Positions 17,446 through 26,595 of a stretch of DNA of 64,000 bases are shown in pieces. The translations under genes and the position numbers were made by a program. The first letter of the stretch is position 1; each line of letters opens with the position of its first letter. Source of the stretch: a virus. Its lineage: Duplodnaviria > Heunggongvirae > Uroviricota > Caudoviricetes. The DNA lies in the IMG/VR virus record IMGVR_UViG_3300006467_000563, positions 68,337-132,336 of that record; one strand, 5' to 3'. The notes under the pieces are model-generated. The model searched no databases. It had not been told where the DNA came from and was given only the letters and a program-made list of their open reading frames with translations.

Positions 17446-19099
17446 TTTTTACCACTTCGATTGCGGATGCCAATTCCAAATCTTCGATGATGGCGAGATT
17501 AAAGAATGTGATGGTTTACCACCATTAGAAATTGATTATGAGAATATCCCGCGTGATTGTCAGATTACGTGGGATATTTATCAATCAGGTCATACAAAAG
17601 GAGTATTCCAGCTAGAAAACTCATTAGGACAACATTGGGCTAAAGAGACTGTTGCTTCTTCAATCGAGGACGCTGCTGCATTGATTAGTATTATCCGCCC
17701 CGGTTGTTTGAGAAGTAAGATTAACGATGTATCAATGACCGAATTATACGCGGCAAGAAAAAAGGGTGAGCACATCGACCCAGAGACAATCATCAAACCT
17801 CTTGCACCCATGTTATCTAGCACCTTCTTCATTCTATGTTATCAAGAGCAATCTATGCGTATTGCTATGGATATTGCTGGTTATTCGGAAGAAGAAGCTG
17901 ATATCTTACGTAAGGCTATTGGTAAGAAGGATGCTAAACTGATGGCATCTTTGAGAAGTAGTTTTCTAGAGGGCTGTAAGAAGATGGGTCTTGTTACACT
18001 TGAGGAAGCTGCTGAGATTTTCGGTTGGATTAGAGAGAGCCAAAGATACTCATTCAATAAGTCTCACGGTGCTGGATATGGTGATTTAGGATATTGGACT
18101 GCTTATGCTAAGGCCCATTTTCCTTTGCATTTCTTCGCATCATGGATTAATTTTGCACCAGAAAAAATGAAACCTAAGTTTGAGGTGCGTGACCTGCTGT
18201 TTGATTGCCAGTTGTTTGACATCCCTGTTTATCCACCATCTATTCTGGAAATTTACGGTGGTAACACGTCATTCCAAAATGGTAGAGTTCGACTTGGATT
18301 GAAACATGTTAGCAACATTGGATATAAGGCTATCCACAAGTTAACAAAAACAATCCAGCAAATCGAAATTGATATCGATAAACATGTTAACGATTGGACA
18401 TGGTACGACTTTCTTATATTCTGTTCCAATGAAGTTTCTACGACTGTAATCAATAATATGATTGACGTTGGTGCTTTGGACCATATGGGGCTTTCACGTA
18501 AAAAAATGGTGAACGAATACAATATATGGGGTCCTAAGAGCGGCAAAAAGCCACACCTGACTAAAGTTGAGAAAGATTTTTTGAGAAAAAATCGAGAAAC
18601 TCACCCAAGTCTACTTGAAGGGCTGAAGCTATTGTGTTATACTAATACCACTGCAGATAGAGTTTCTACCCCCGCCAGAGTTGATATTGTAGCCGGATTC
18701 TTGGAACAGTTACAGAGTCCAGCATATAGTATGCACGATGACGCCACTATTATTGCCAAACGGGAAAGTCATTTGATTGGGAAGTCAATCTCTATCCATA
18801 ATACTGAGACTTGCTCTATGGCAACAAATACTACATGTCGTGAATTCAACGAAGGTAAGAACGGATACATGACCCTTGTTGCAGAAGTCGGATTCGTTAA
18901 AGAGTATCCGGGTCGTGGACAAAACAAAGGTAGAACCATGTGTGCAATGTCACTTGAAGATAAAACTGGTAGGATTAATGCTATGTGTTTCTTTGACCAA
19001 TACGATGAGTTTGGTGAAGAGTTTATCGAAGGTAATCTAGTAACTGTGAAGATTACTAGAAGTAAGGATAACAAAGCGATAATAGATAAGGTATTTTAA
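17429..19099 (+). CDS. dnaE: DNA polymerase III alpha, C-terminal half (fingers, HhH, OB)
   Basis: TKGVFQLE, IIRPG, CYQEQSM, ADILRKAIGKK, YSFNKSH, LGLKHV, C-terminal OB fold (SLEDKTG). Confidence 0.92.
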   Translation: MHNQNDFYHFDCGCQFQIFDDGEIKECDGLPPLEIDYENIPRDCQITWDIYQSGHTKGVFQLENSLGQHWAKETVASSIEDAAALISIIRPGCLRSKINDVSMTELYAARKKGEHIDPETIIKPLAPMLSSTFFILCYQEQSMRIAMDIAGYSEEEADILRKAIGKKDAKLMASLRSSFLEGCKKMGLVTLEEAAEIFGWIRESQRYSFNKSHGAGYGDLGYWTAYAKAHFPLHFFASWINFAPEKMKPKFEVRDLLFDCQLFDIPVYPPSILEIYGGNTSFQNGRVRLGLKHVSNIGYKAIHKLTKTIQQIEIDIDKHVNDWTWYDFLIFCSNEVSTTVINNMIDVGALDHMGLSRKKMVNEYNIWGPKSGKKPHLTKVEKDFLRKNRETHPSLLEGLKLLCYTNTTADRVSTPARVDIVAGFLEQLQSPAYSMHDDATIIAKRESHLIGKSISIHNTETCSMATNTTCREFNEGKNGYMTLVAEVGFVKEYPGRGQNKGRTMCAMSLEDKTGRINAMCFFDQYDEFGEEFIEGNLVTVKITRSKDNKAIIDKVF

Positions 19100-19365
19100 T
19101 GTTTATTTTATATGCAATAACTACACTAATTACTCTAAGTCTATCACTAATGCTTGCTAGAGATGTAGATGAATGCTTTGGTAGAGACTACAGGACTGAA
19201 TTCTATGCTATCATTGGGATGTTATTTATTACAGGCCCATTCGCCTATGGATTGTTATTAGCCACAGCTTTACTATTTATCCCCGGATATTTGATATACT
19301 GTATTGGCGTAGTTTTTTACAGACTTTGTACAGGTTATTATAAAAAGAAAGAGGAAAATTCGTGA
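19099..19365 (+). CDS. Small membrane protein
   Basis: Two to three hydrophobic stretches, basic C-terminus. Confidence 0.6.
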   Translation: MFILYAITTLITLSLSLMLARDVDECFGRDYRTEFYAIIGMLFITGPFAYGLLLATALLFIPGYLIYCIGVVFYRLCTGYYKKKEENS

Positions 19366-21005
19366 AAACGAGAGTATTATTTGTAAATGAATTTTCGACA
19401 CATAGCTCTGGTTATGCAAAATACGGTATGGAAGTCTTAAAGCGTCTATCTGTAAAAAATGACCTAGAAGTAGCTGAGCTTGCATGCTACGGTTCTGAAT
19501 TCAAAAAAGAAGATGTGTTGGAAGCACAGAAATTGCCTTGGACAGTATACTTCAACGTTCCAAATATGAATAACCCGGAACATGTGAAACAATACAAGTC
19601 TGCTAAAGAATTTGAGTATGGATTATTCAAGTTTAATGATGCTTTGTTACACTTTAAGCCCCATATCGTTATGGACATTCGTGACTTCTGGATGCAGTCT
19701 TATCAAGAGCGGTCGCCATTTCGTGACATGTTCAACTGGGTTATTATGACCACAGTTGATGCTAAGCCTCAACACGAGCAATGGATTTACACATTCTGTA
19801 ATGCAGATGGTGTTTTTACATATACAGATTGGGGAATGGATGTTCTGAGGGAGCAGGCTGGAGATAATATCAATCTTTTAGGTTCTGCAAGTCCAGCAGC
19901 AGAAGCATGTTATAAACATGTAAATAAGAATGTGGCAAAAGAAAAAGTTGGTATCAGCACAGACACAAAAATTATCGGTACTGTAATGCGTAATCAGGGA
20001 CGTAAGCTATTTCCAGATTTGTTTCAAGCATTCAGAAAATACCTTGATGATACTGGACGTACAGATACATATCTCTACTGCCATACAGCTTATCCTGATG
20101 TAGCTTGGGACATCCCAGAACTACTAAAACGTTACGAGATTGCGAGTCGAACACTTTTCACATACAAATGTGTTAACTGTAAGCATACTTATCCATCATT
20201 CTATCAAGGAATCGGGACCGCCTGTCCTAAGTGTCACCAGCTATCTGCCCGTATGCCACGTGTTGAGGACGGTGTAACAGATGAACAACTTGCAGGTATT
20301 ATGCAGACATTTGATTTGTATGTACAGCATGTAACTAATGAAGGATTCGGTATGCCTGTAGTAGAAGCAGGACAGTGTGGCGTCCCAGTTGTAGCTGTTG
20401 GTTATTCCAGTTTGGAGGATGTAACGCCTAAAGTTGGCGGGGTCACTATCCCACCGCTTGCTTTACAAACAGAACCGCAAACAGGTAGATTAAGAGCTGT
20501 GCCTGACAATGATGGTTTGGTAGAATACATGAAGGATTTCTTTTCTCTGCCATTACCAAACAGAATGATTAAGTCTAGAGATGCTGTTTTACAAACAAGA
20601 GAGAACTATAGTTGGGACGATACAGCAAACAAGTGGTATGACTACTTTAAAACTGTCGATGTTTCACAATATGAACAAAAGTGGCAATCGCCTCTACGTG
20701 TCAAGAAACCTGCTCCATATACTGAGCAACAAGACATGATGACAAACATGCAGTTTTGCGAATGGTTGATTAAATACGTTTTATGTGACGAACGTCAAAT
20801 GCATAGTTATCTACATATGCGATTACTACGTGACATTAACAACGGTTTCACATTAACTTACGGTAACAATCCATCATACTTTTCTGAAGATAGTGTTGCT
20901 GATGGACGTCCGAATGTGACTGATTTCTCTCGCAAAAAGGCTTACCAAGAAATATTAAACATATGTACGGAGTTTAACCTATGGGAACAAAAAAGATGCA
21001 AATAA
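19362..21005 (+). CDS. GT-B (GT4-like) glycosyltransferase with zinc-ribbon insertion
   Basis: EGFGMPVVEAGQCGVPVV (E-x7-E); GTVMRNQGRK; insert CVNC-x17-CPKC. Confidence 0.85.
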   Translation: MKTRVLFVNEFSTHSSGYAKYGMEVLKRLSVKNDLEVAELACYGSEFKKEDVLEAQKLPWTVYFNVPNMNNPEHVKQYKSAKEFEYGLFKFNDALLHFKPHIVMDIRDFWMQSYQERSPFRDMFNWVIMTTVDAKPQHEQWIYTFCNADGVFTYTDWGMDVLREQAGDNINLLGSASPAAEACYKHVNKNVAKEKVGISTDTKIIGTVMRNQGRKLFPDLFQAFRKYLDDTGRTDTYLYCHTAYPDVAWDIPELLKRYEIASRTLFTYKCVNCKHTYPSFYQGIGTACPKCHQLSARMPRVEDGVTDEQLAGIMQTFDLYVQHVTNEGFGMPVVEAGQCGVPVVAVGYSSLEDVTPKVGGVTIPPLALQTEPQTGRLRAVPDNDGLVEYMKDFFSLPLPNRMIKSRDAVLQTRENYSWDDTANKWYDYFKTVDVSQYEQKWQSPLRVKKPAPYTEQQDMMTNMQFCEWLIKYVLCDERQMHSYLHMRLLRDINNGFTLTYGNNPSYFSEDSVADGRPNVTDFSRKKAYQEILNICTEFNLWEQKRCK

Positions 21006-21304
21006 TTAATGTGGCAGACGCGATGTCAGACTGGTGTTACACATACATTGATGAATATGATGTGTTCTTCACATATTATATTAATGATTGTTATGAAGGG
21101 TATGGACAGGCTATCGGTATTAATAAGGATGGTACATGTCATGTGTATAATCTTGGTCATTGTTCGTGTTATGGACCGTTAGAGGGGTCTCCTGATGTAA
21201 CCACTTTGGACGCGTTGTTAAATTCAGAACATGTATTGTCTGTAGAAATTGAGTACCCAGAACTAAAAGATGCTATTGTAGAATGGCGGAAAAAGAATGG
21301 ATAA
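20996..21304 (+). CDS. Hypothetical protein with HCSC motif
   Basis: YEGYG...KDG...LGHCSCYGP. Confidence 0.6.
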   Translation: MQIINVADAMSDWCYTYIDEYDVFFTYYINDCYEGYGQAIGINKDGTCHVYNLGHCSCYGPLEGSPDVTTLDALLNSEHVLSVEIEYPELKDAIVEWRKKNG

Positions 21305-22448
21305 AATGAAAGTATTATTTATTGGGCATTATCGAGAGCAGTCTGGGTGGGGAAGAGCAGCATGTGAGTACATTCTAGCTTTAGACGAAGTTGGAGTCGA
21401 TGTTGTATGCCGTGCTGTCAAGCTGAATGATATCCAAGCTGAAATTCCAGAACGTATTAAAGAGCTGGAAAATAAATCTACTGACGGTGCTGAAATCTGC
21501 ATTCAATGTCTACTTCCCCATCAGTTGCATTATAATGGAAATTTTAAACGCAATATCTGTATCCCTTTTATTGATACTATCGAGCTAGACAGACATCCGT
21601 GGATTTCTCAGATGGAGAATTTTGAAATCTGGTCTCCGTGTGTGTCTCTTGATGCTGCAATAGAGGATATTAAGGAATATGAGGATGAAAGCTGTCGTGA
21701 GATTAATCGTGCAGCTATCGTCCCTGTCCCATGTGACCCTTCTAAATACTTATCTACACAAACCCCTTTGGATATCGGTGTTGATTTATCAGGAAAATTT
21801 ATTTTCTACAGTATTTTCGACTTGACTCCTAGAAAAAATATGCTAGGATTACTAAAGGCGTTCCATACTGCTTTCGAGCCGTGGGAAGATGTTGCTTTAA
21901 TTATCAAGACAGGTAAATTTGGTAAGCCTGCAGATGAAGTTCGTTCTGTTTGCATCGATATGAATAAAAAGATTTGTCAAAGTCTCAAATTGTACCCAGA
22001 AGGGGAATATAATAATCCAATTTTCATTACTGAGCAATTAACTGACGAACAGATAGAACAATTGCACGTACTTGGAGATTGTTTTGTATTGCCAACTTTT
22101 GGAGAGGCGTGGTGCTTCCCAGCATTTGATGCAATGGGATATGGTAATAAGCCTATTGTTACTAAAAATACTTCATGTGATGACTATATTACTGACACAA
22201 CAGGGACATTATGTAAATCAGTCCCACAGCCAGTAAGTGGCATGACAGACACATTTAGTGAGATTTTTAATGGTCATGAAATATGGCATGAGCCAAGTAT
22301 TATAGATTTCGCTAGAAGTATGAGAGGTATGTATGAAGATAGATATGTTCCAATTCCTAAGAACAATCCTCAAAATGGCTATGAACGGACAATGGACTTC
22401 TCGCGTACAGTAGTTGGAAATAAAATGAAAGAGTTACTGAATGTATAA
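21297..22448 (+). CDS. GT-B (GT4-like) glycosyltransferase
   Basis: SGWGRAA N-terminal loop, RKNMLGLL, DCFVLPTFGEAWCFPAFDAMGYG. Confidence 0.85.
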   Translation: MDKMKVLFIGHYREQSGWGRAACEYILALDEVGVDVVCRAVKLNDIQAEIPERIKELENKSTDGAEICIQCLLPHQLHYNGNFKRNICIPFIDTIELDRHPWISQMENFEIWSPCVSLDAAIEDIKEYEDESCREINRAAIVPVPCDPSKYLSTQTPLDIGVDLSGKFIFYSIFDLTPRKNMLGLLKAFHTAFEPWEDVALIIKTGKFGKPADEVRSVCIDMNKKICQSLKLYPEGEYNNPIFITEQLTDEQIEQLHVLGDCFVLPTFGEAWCFPAFDAMGYGNKPIVTKNTSCDDYITDTTGTLCKSVPQPVSGMTDTFSEIFNGHEIWHEPSIIDFARSMRGMYEDRYVPIPKNNPQNGYERTMDFSRTVVGNKMKELLNV

Positions 22449-23436
22449 TCAAGCTGCAACTATTACACATAGAGCAACCAACACAGGCAAATTGAATATC
22501 TTGTGTATGGATACACATGAGCGGTATCAATCCAATTTGGCAAAAACTGGTCACAACTTCTATTCTTTCCATGTTGAAAATCAAAAACAATGGAATACTG
22601 TCTATGGAGATGTCCCAGATAATTATCATAGGATACTAAATCCAAAAGGTAATTCTGTACATGGTGGAGTTTTCTTCGACCTTATCTTGTCGCAGAACAA
22701 GTTTGGTCAATTCCAAATTCTATCCCAGATTGCGAAACAGACTGGTGCCCCACTCGTAAGTATTGAACATACCTTACCTTATGAAACTTGGTCTACACAA
22801 AAACGTGCATATGCTATGGCTATGCGTGGTGATTACAATGTGTATCTGTCTGAGTTTAGCAAGAAAAAATGGGGAGGCCGGGGTGACATTATCCATAACG
22901 CTGTTGACACCGACCTTTTTTCTCCTGCTGATATTAAGAAAGAGCCATATGCTCTATCTATCGTGAACGAATGGAAGACTAGAGACTATTTCTGTGGCTA
23001 CAACTTATGGACTGAGATTGCAAAACAGGTTCCGACACATGTACGTGGCGACAATCCGGGTTGGACAACACCTGCTGGCAGTATGGAAGAGCTGGTTGAC
23101 GAATATCGTAAAGCAACCGTATTCCTAAATACGTCTTTATATTCGACATGTCCAACGACTGTACTTGAGGCTGCTTCGTGTGGAGTGCCAATTGTGACTA
23201 CGGCTACTACCATGCTTCCTGAAATCATTCAGAATGGATACAATGGTTTTATTAGTAACAATCCTGATGAGCTTGTCATGTACACACAAAGACTTCTAAA
23301 TAACCCTGACTTAGCATACGAATTAGGACAGAATGCTAGAAAGACTATGTTGGAAAAATTCAGTCTGGATAGCTTTGTTGAGAAGTGGAATGTTTTGTTT
23401 GAATCAACTAGGAGTTATGTACATAAGGGGAAATGA
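22441..23436 (+). CDS. GT-B (GT4-like) glycosyltransferase
   Basis: IHNAVDTDLF, FLNTSLYSTCPTTVLEAASCGVPIVTT, NGYNGF, LGQNARK. Confidence 0.88.
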   Translation: MYNQAATITHRATNTGKLNILCMDTHERYQSNLAKTGHNFYSFHVENQKQWNTVYGDVPDNYHRILNPKGNSVHGGVFFDLILSQNKFGQFQILSQIAKQTGAPLVSIEHTLPYETWSTQKRAYAMAMRGDYNVYLSEFSKKKWGGRGDIIHNAVDTDLFSPADIKKEPYALSIVNEWKTRDYFCGYNLWTEIAKQVPTHVRGDNPGWTTPAGSMEELVDEYRKATVFLNTSLYSTCPTTVLEAASCGVPIVTTATTMLPEIIQNGYNGFISNNPDELVMYTQRLLNNPDLAYELGQNARKTMLEKFSLDSFVEKWNVLFESTRSYVHKGK

Positions 23437-23948
23437 TGGAAGTAATAATGCCGCCTGTAAAATATAGGCTTTATAAAAAAAGTAGAAACACATATGTTGA
23501 CTTGAACAACCCCCATCATAAATATTTTCTTAATCTACAAACAGAAGAAGTAAGTAGATACTACAACTACTATGCTGATAAGTGGGATGAGGTTAGTATA
23601 GATGATTATGAATTGGAAAAGTGGACTGGCCTAAAAGACAGAAATGGAACATACATTTTCGAGAACGATATTGTATTATATTATCCTTATGGAAATAAAT
23701 ATAAGCCGCAACAAGATGTATTCTGGAATAACTTGCCCGTACTTCGACTGTTAAAAAAAGAACGAGAAGAGAATGAGTTAACAGAACATTACGTTGTGAA
23801 TTTTTACTGTGGCAGTTACCGTTTGAATGCTACTTCAGGATGTTATGGTGGCATTTTATTACACACTATGTTTGAAAAGCATGAATGTGAAGTTGTTGGC
23901 AACATTCATGAAAATCCAGAATTATTAGGAGGAATGTATGGGCGTTGA
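23433..23948 (+). CDS. YopX family protein
   Basis: WTGLKDRNGTYIFENDIV ... EVVGNIHENPELL. Confidence 0.85.
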   Translation: MMEVIMPPVKYRLYKKSRNTYVDLNNPHHKYFLNLQTEEVSRYYNYYADKWDEVSIDDYELEKWTGLKDRNGTYIFENDIVLYYPYGNKYKPQQDVFWNNLPVLRLLKKEREENELTEHYVVNFYCGSYRLNATSGCYGGILLHTMFEKHECEVVGNIHENPELLGGMYGR

Positions 23949-24363
23949 TTTTGTAACTTATGTCGCTTTCGGATATCCAATTACAGATTTGGTTGAAGAG
24001 CAAGAACTTGTGCATCAGCGTACAAAATATGATGAAGATACTGGTAAGCCATATACAGTTATCGAGGAAGAGGTACAATATCACATTAGAGGGACTGATA
24101 AATACTTTGATGAACTATATGAAACAGAAGAGTTCTTTGAAGATAAAGGTTTACAAGTATGTAAGGCATATGATTATGGTGGGGACCTAGATGATGATGA
24201 TATTATCGTAGGAAATTATGAATCTATCGACGATGATAGCTACACTGCCGAAACATTCTTAGATGAGTTAGAGTCTGTAGAATTGGATATGGCTAATATC
24301 ATTGATGAGAGTGTACTCGAAAATCTTGTGCCAGCCATGTATATTTTTAAGAGGATGTGCTAA
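23938..24363 (+). CDS. Acidic hypothetical protein
   Basis: GGAGG SD; about a quarter of residues are D/E. Confidence 0.7.
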   Translation: MGVDFVTYVAFGYPITDLVEEQELVHQRTKYDEDTGKPYTVIEEEVQYHIRGTDKYFDELYETEEFFEDKGLQVCKAYDYGGDLDDDDIIVGNYESIDDDSYTAETFLDELESVELDMANIIDESVLENLVPAMYIFKRMC

Positions 24364-24536
24364 TGGAATTTGGCGGGCCAGTACATATAATCTTCTGTAT
24401 ATCCTTTTTAGTACTAGCAGTTTATTTTATGATTAAACTTATCAATACACTGTCGGATATGTTTGCAATGTTTTTTGTGTTCATGTTTAAAGATGATATT
24501 GATGCAGATTTTTTTAAGAAAGACAAAGATGCATAA
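24363..24536 (+). CDS. 57-aa membrane micro-protein (not in the ORF track)
   Basis: MEFGGPVHIIFCISFLVLAVYFMIKLINTLSDMFAMFFVFMFKDD...; TAATG-coupled upstream and overlapping the NADAR start. Confidence 0.6.
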   Translation: MEFGGPVHIIFCISFLVLAVYFMIKLINTLSDMFAMFFVFMFKDDIDADFFKKDKDA

Positions 24537-25005
24537 CATTTACACTTTTTTCTGGCGTGGTGAGTTTAGCAACTGGTATCCATGTGAGTTCCAAGTTGAA
24601 GATAAGACTTACAATTGTGTCGAGCAATACATGATGTCTCAAAAAGCTCTCCTTTTTAACGACAAAGAATCCTATGACCGAATCATGTCAACTAATGACC
24701 CCCGCGAGCAGAAGAAAATTGGTAGACATGTAAAAGGTTTCAAAGATGAGATTTGGTGGTTTGAATCTTTCAAGGTTGTCGAGGAAGGTGTATTCAGTAA
24801 GTTTCTTTGTAATGGTGAACTAGCTCAGAAGCTGATATCTACTAAAGGAACTATTTTAGTGGAAGCATCACCGTATGACCGTATCTGGGGAATCGGTTAT
24901 TCAGAACAGGAAGCAATGGAAAACTGTAATGACTGGGGAGAGAATCGCTTAGGTAAAATATTAACATATGTAAGAGAGAAATATTTTATGGGAAAAGAAA
25001 AATGA
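24529..25005 (+). CDS. NADAR/YbiA family hydrolase
   Basis: FSNWY, EQYMMSQKA, KKIGRHV, LVEASPYDRIWGIG, GENRLGKIL. Confidence 0.92.
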   Translation: MHNIYTFFWRGEFSNWYPCEFQVEDKTYNCVEQYMMSQKALLFNDKESYDRIMSTNDPREQKKIGRHVKGFKDEIWWFESFKVVEEGVFSKFLCNGELAQKLISTKGTILVEASPYDRIWGIGYSEQEAMENCNDWGENRLGKILTYVREKYFMGKEK

Positions 25006-25184
25006 AACCAAAAACGAAACACAAGCGTATCCAACGTGCAAAAGAAAGATATGAAGACTGGGACCCTAGAGGCAATTTATGTCCTATATGTGGTAAAGAC
25101 TTCAGACATGGAAACTGTTCCCATGATGTCAAACAAGCCCGCGATGTTTTATTTGAAAGATATATAAAAGAGGTTGCCGGATGA
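25002..25184 (+). CDS. Small Cys/His zinc-finger-like protein
   Basis: CPICGKDFRHGNCSH; ATGA-coupled. Confidence 0.55.
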   Translation: MKPKTKHKRIQRAKERYEDWDPRGNLCPICGKDFRHGNCSHDVKQARDVLFERYIKEVAG

Positions 25185-25453
25185 AATATGAACGCAAAGA
25201 GTCGGGCTTGATTGTCCCTCACGTTACTCCTGAAGAAGCAAGAGAAAAAATGCCTCATTTTACCACTCGATTTTTTGAGTGTTATTACGAATCTGACGTT
25301 GACTGCTTCAAAAAACTTGTCCTGAAGAACAACGGCTTTTTTGAGCAGTCAGTTCTCGTTCCATTGCTGAATCACAAAAATCAACCTGTGAGTAAGAAGT
25401 ACATTTGTATTTATCAATATTATGAGAAGATTAGTATGGAGGTATTGTGTTAG
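25181..25453 (+). CDS. Hypothetical protein
   Basis: GAGG SD; ATGA overlap. Confidence 0.55.
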   Translation: MKYERKESGLIVPHVTPEEAREKMPHFTTRFFECYYESDVDCFKKLVLKNNGFFEQSVLVPLLNHKNQPVSKKYICIYQYYEKISMEVLC

Positions 25454-26022
25454 ATTTTCCACGTAGAGATTGGAAATTTCGTGCATGGGTTATCCCAGAA
25501 AAAAGAATGATGGATTGGAAAGAATTCTTGATGGGAAATGACAGGTGGAATATGTTTGTTGGATTTGGAAACGAGTGTTATCCTTGCAATCAGCCAAAAT
25601 ACCATTTTCATGTTATGCAGTGGACTGGAATACAAGATAGCGATGGGAATGATATCTATGAAGGCGACATAATTGAGTATTTTGCTTACTGTTACGCAGA
25701 TGGCCCCGGCTGCGAATTCACTTGGGAAAGAGAAATTGGATACACAGTTAAAGAGTGGTGTATAGACGAATATGCACCAAAAAGAGATATTGTATATTGG
25801 GACACAAATTGGCAATCATATGCACCAATTATTATCACAAGTTATGATGGATGGGCCTCGTTCGATTTTATCTTAAGAGAGGCTAAAGAAGAAATACCAT
25901 TAAACTCAAAAGGTAAACCAAATTATCCACCACCATATATCAGGGTGATTGGAAATATTTTTGAAAATCCAGAATTAGTTGAGAAATGTAATGAACAACC
26001 GTTTCAGAGTTTGGAGTCCTAG
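25447..26022 (+). CDS. YopX family protein (second paralogue)
   Basis: KFRAW, MQWTGIQDSDGNDIYEGDII, VIGNIFENPELV. Confidence 0.88.
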   Translation: MLDFPRRDWKFRAWVIPEKRMMDWKEFLMGNDRWNMFVGFGNECYPCNQPKYHFHVMQWTGIQDSDGNDIYEGDIIEYFAYCYADGPGCEFTWEREIGYTVKEWCIDEYAPKRDIVYWDTNWQSYAPIIITSYDGWASFDFILREAKEEIPLNSKGKPNYPPPYIRVIGNIFENPELVEKCNEQPFQSLES

Positions 26023-26034
26023 TGGAGTATCCAG

Positions 26035-26322
26035 ATGAGTAGGTATCTCATACGTGTAACATTCCCGTATAGTTTTACTGACACAGAAGACTGGAATCAT
26101 TTTAAGATAAACAGGAAATTCACAAAAGAACATTCTTTACAAAAAGAAGTCAATACAAAAAAAGAAGCATTGTCTATCATCAAATATTTTCGCGGTTTTG
26201 CGTTTGTTGATGTATATGATTATAAGACCCCGGTAAATATTGATGACTTTGATGCAAATGTTATGTATTGTGGATATCTTGGTTTTGGCAAATGGTACGA
26301 TGAGGTACATAATGGACGATAA
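26035..26322 (+). CDS. Hypothetical protein
   Basis: GGAG SD; coupled ORF. Confidence 0.55.
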   Translation: MSRYLIRVTFPYSFTDTEDWNHFKINRKFTKEHSLQKEVNTKKEALSIIKYFRGFAFVDVYDYKTPVNIDDFDANVMYCGYLGFGKWYDEVHNGR

Positions 26323-26587
26323 AGACATTTACCCATATATAGATTTCGGCAGTGATAAAGTCCTATATTTAATACTAGGCCCCGGACACGGATATGTCAT
26401 ATCTGGCATAGGTGGAGCCAAATTATCAGAAGAAGACTTTAAATCAATTGATGATATTATAATCTCACCAAGTCTCAAAGGTAGATGCTTCGACTGTGAC
26501 AGTATTTTAGGACATGGTATTTGTCCAGACTGCCATAATGATAGAATGATAGAATCTCAATGTGAGTATTGCAAACATGCTAATTAG
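26312..26587 (+). CDS. Hypothetical protein with Cys-rich C-terminus
   Basis: GAGG SD before ATG 26312; CFDC, CPDC, CEYC. Confidence 0.55.
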   Translation: MDDKDIYPYIDFGSDKVLYLILGPGHGYVISGIGGAKLSEEDFKSIDDIIISPSLKGRCFDCDSILGHGICPDCHNDRMIESQCEYCKHAN

Positions 26588-26595
26588 GAGAAATA

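Noticed and set aside
15400-17560. Split intein or intron joining the DnaE halves
   Set aside because: No Cys/Ser-initiated intein block after the N-half, no His-Asn/Cys junction before the C-half, and the gap is filled by coupled ORFs leaving no room for intron core structure.
17002-21154. Extra GTGTATAAT matches at 17002 and 21143
   Set aside because: Both are inside coding sequence (encoding VYN) and lack the GG and upstream A-tract; likely chance in AT-rich DNA, though 21143 (GTGTATAATCTT) could be retested by TSS mapping.
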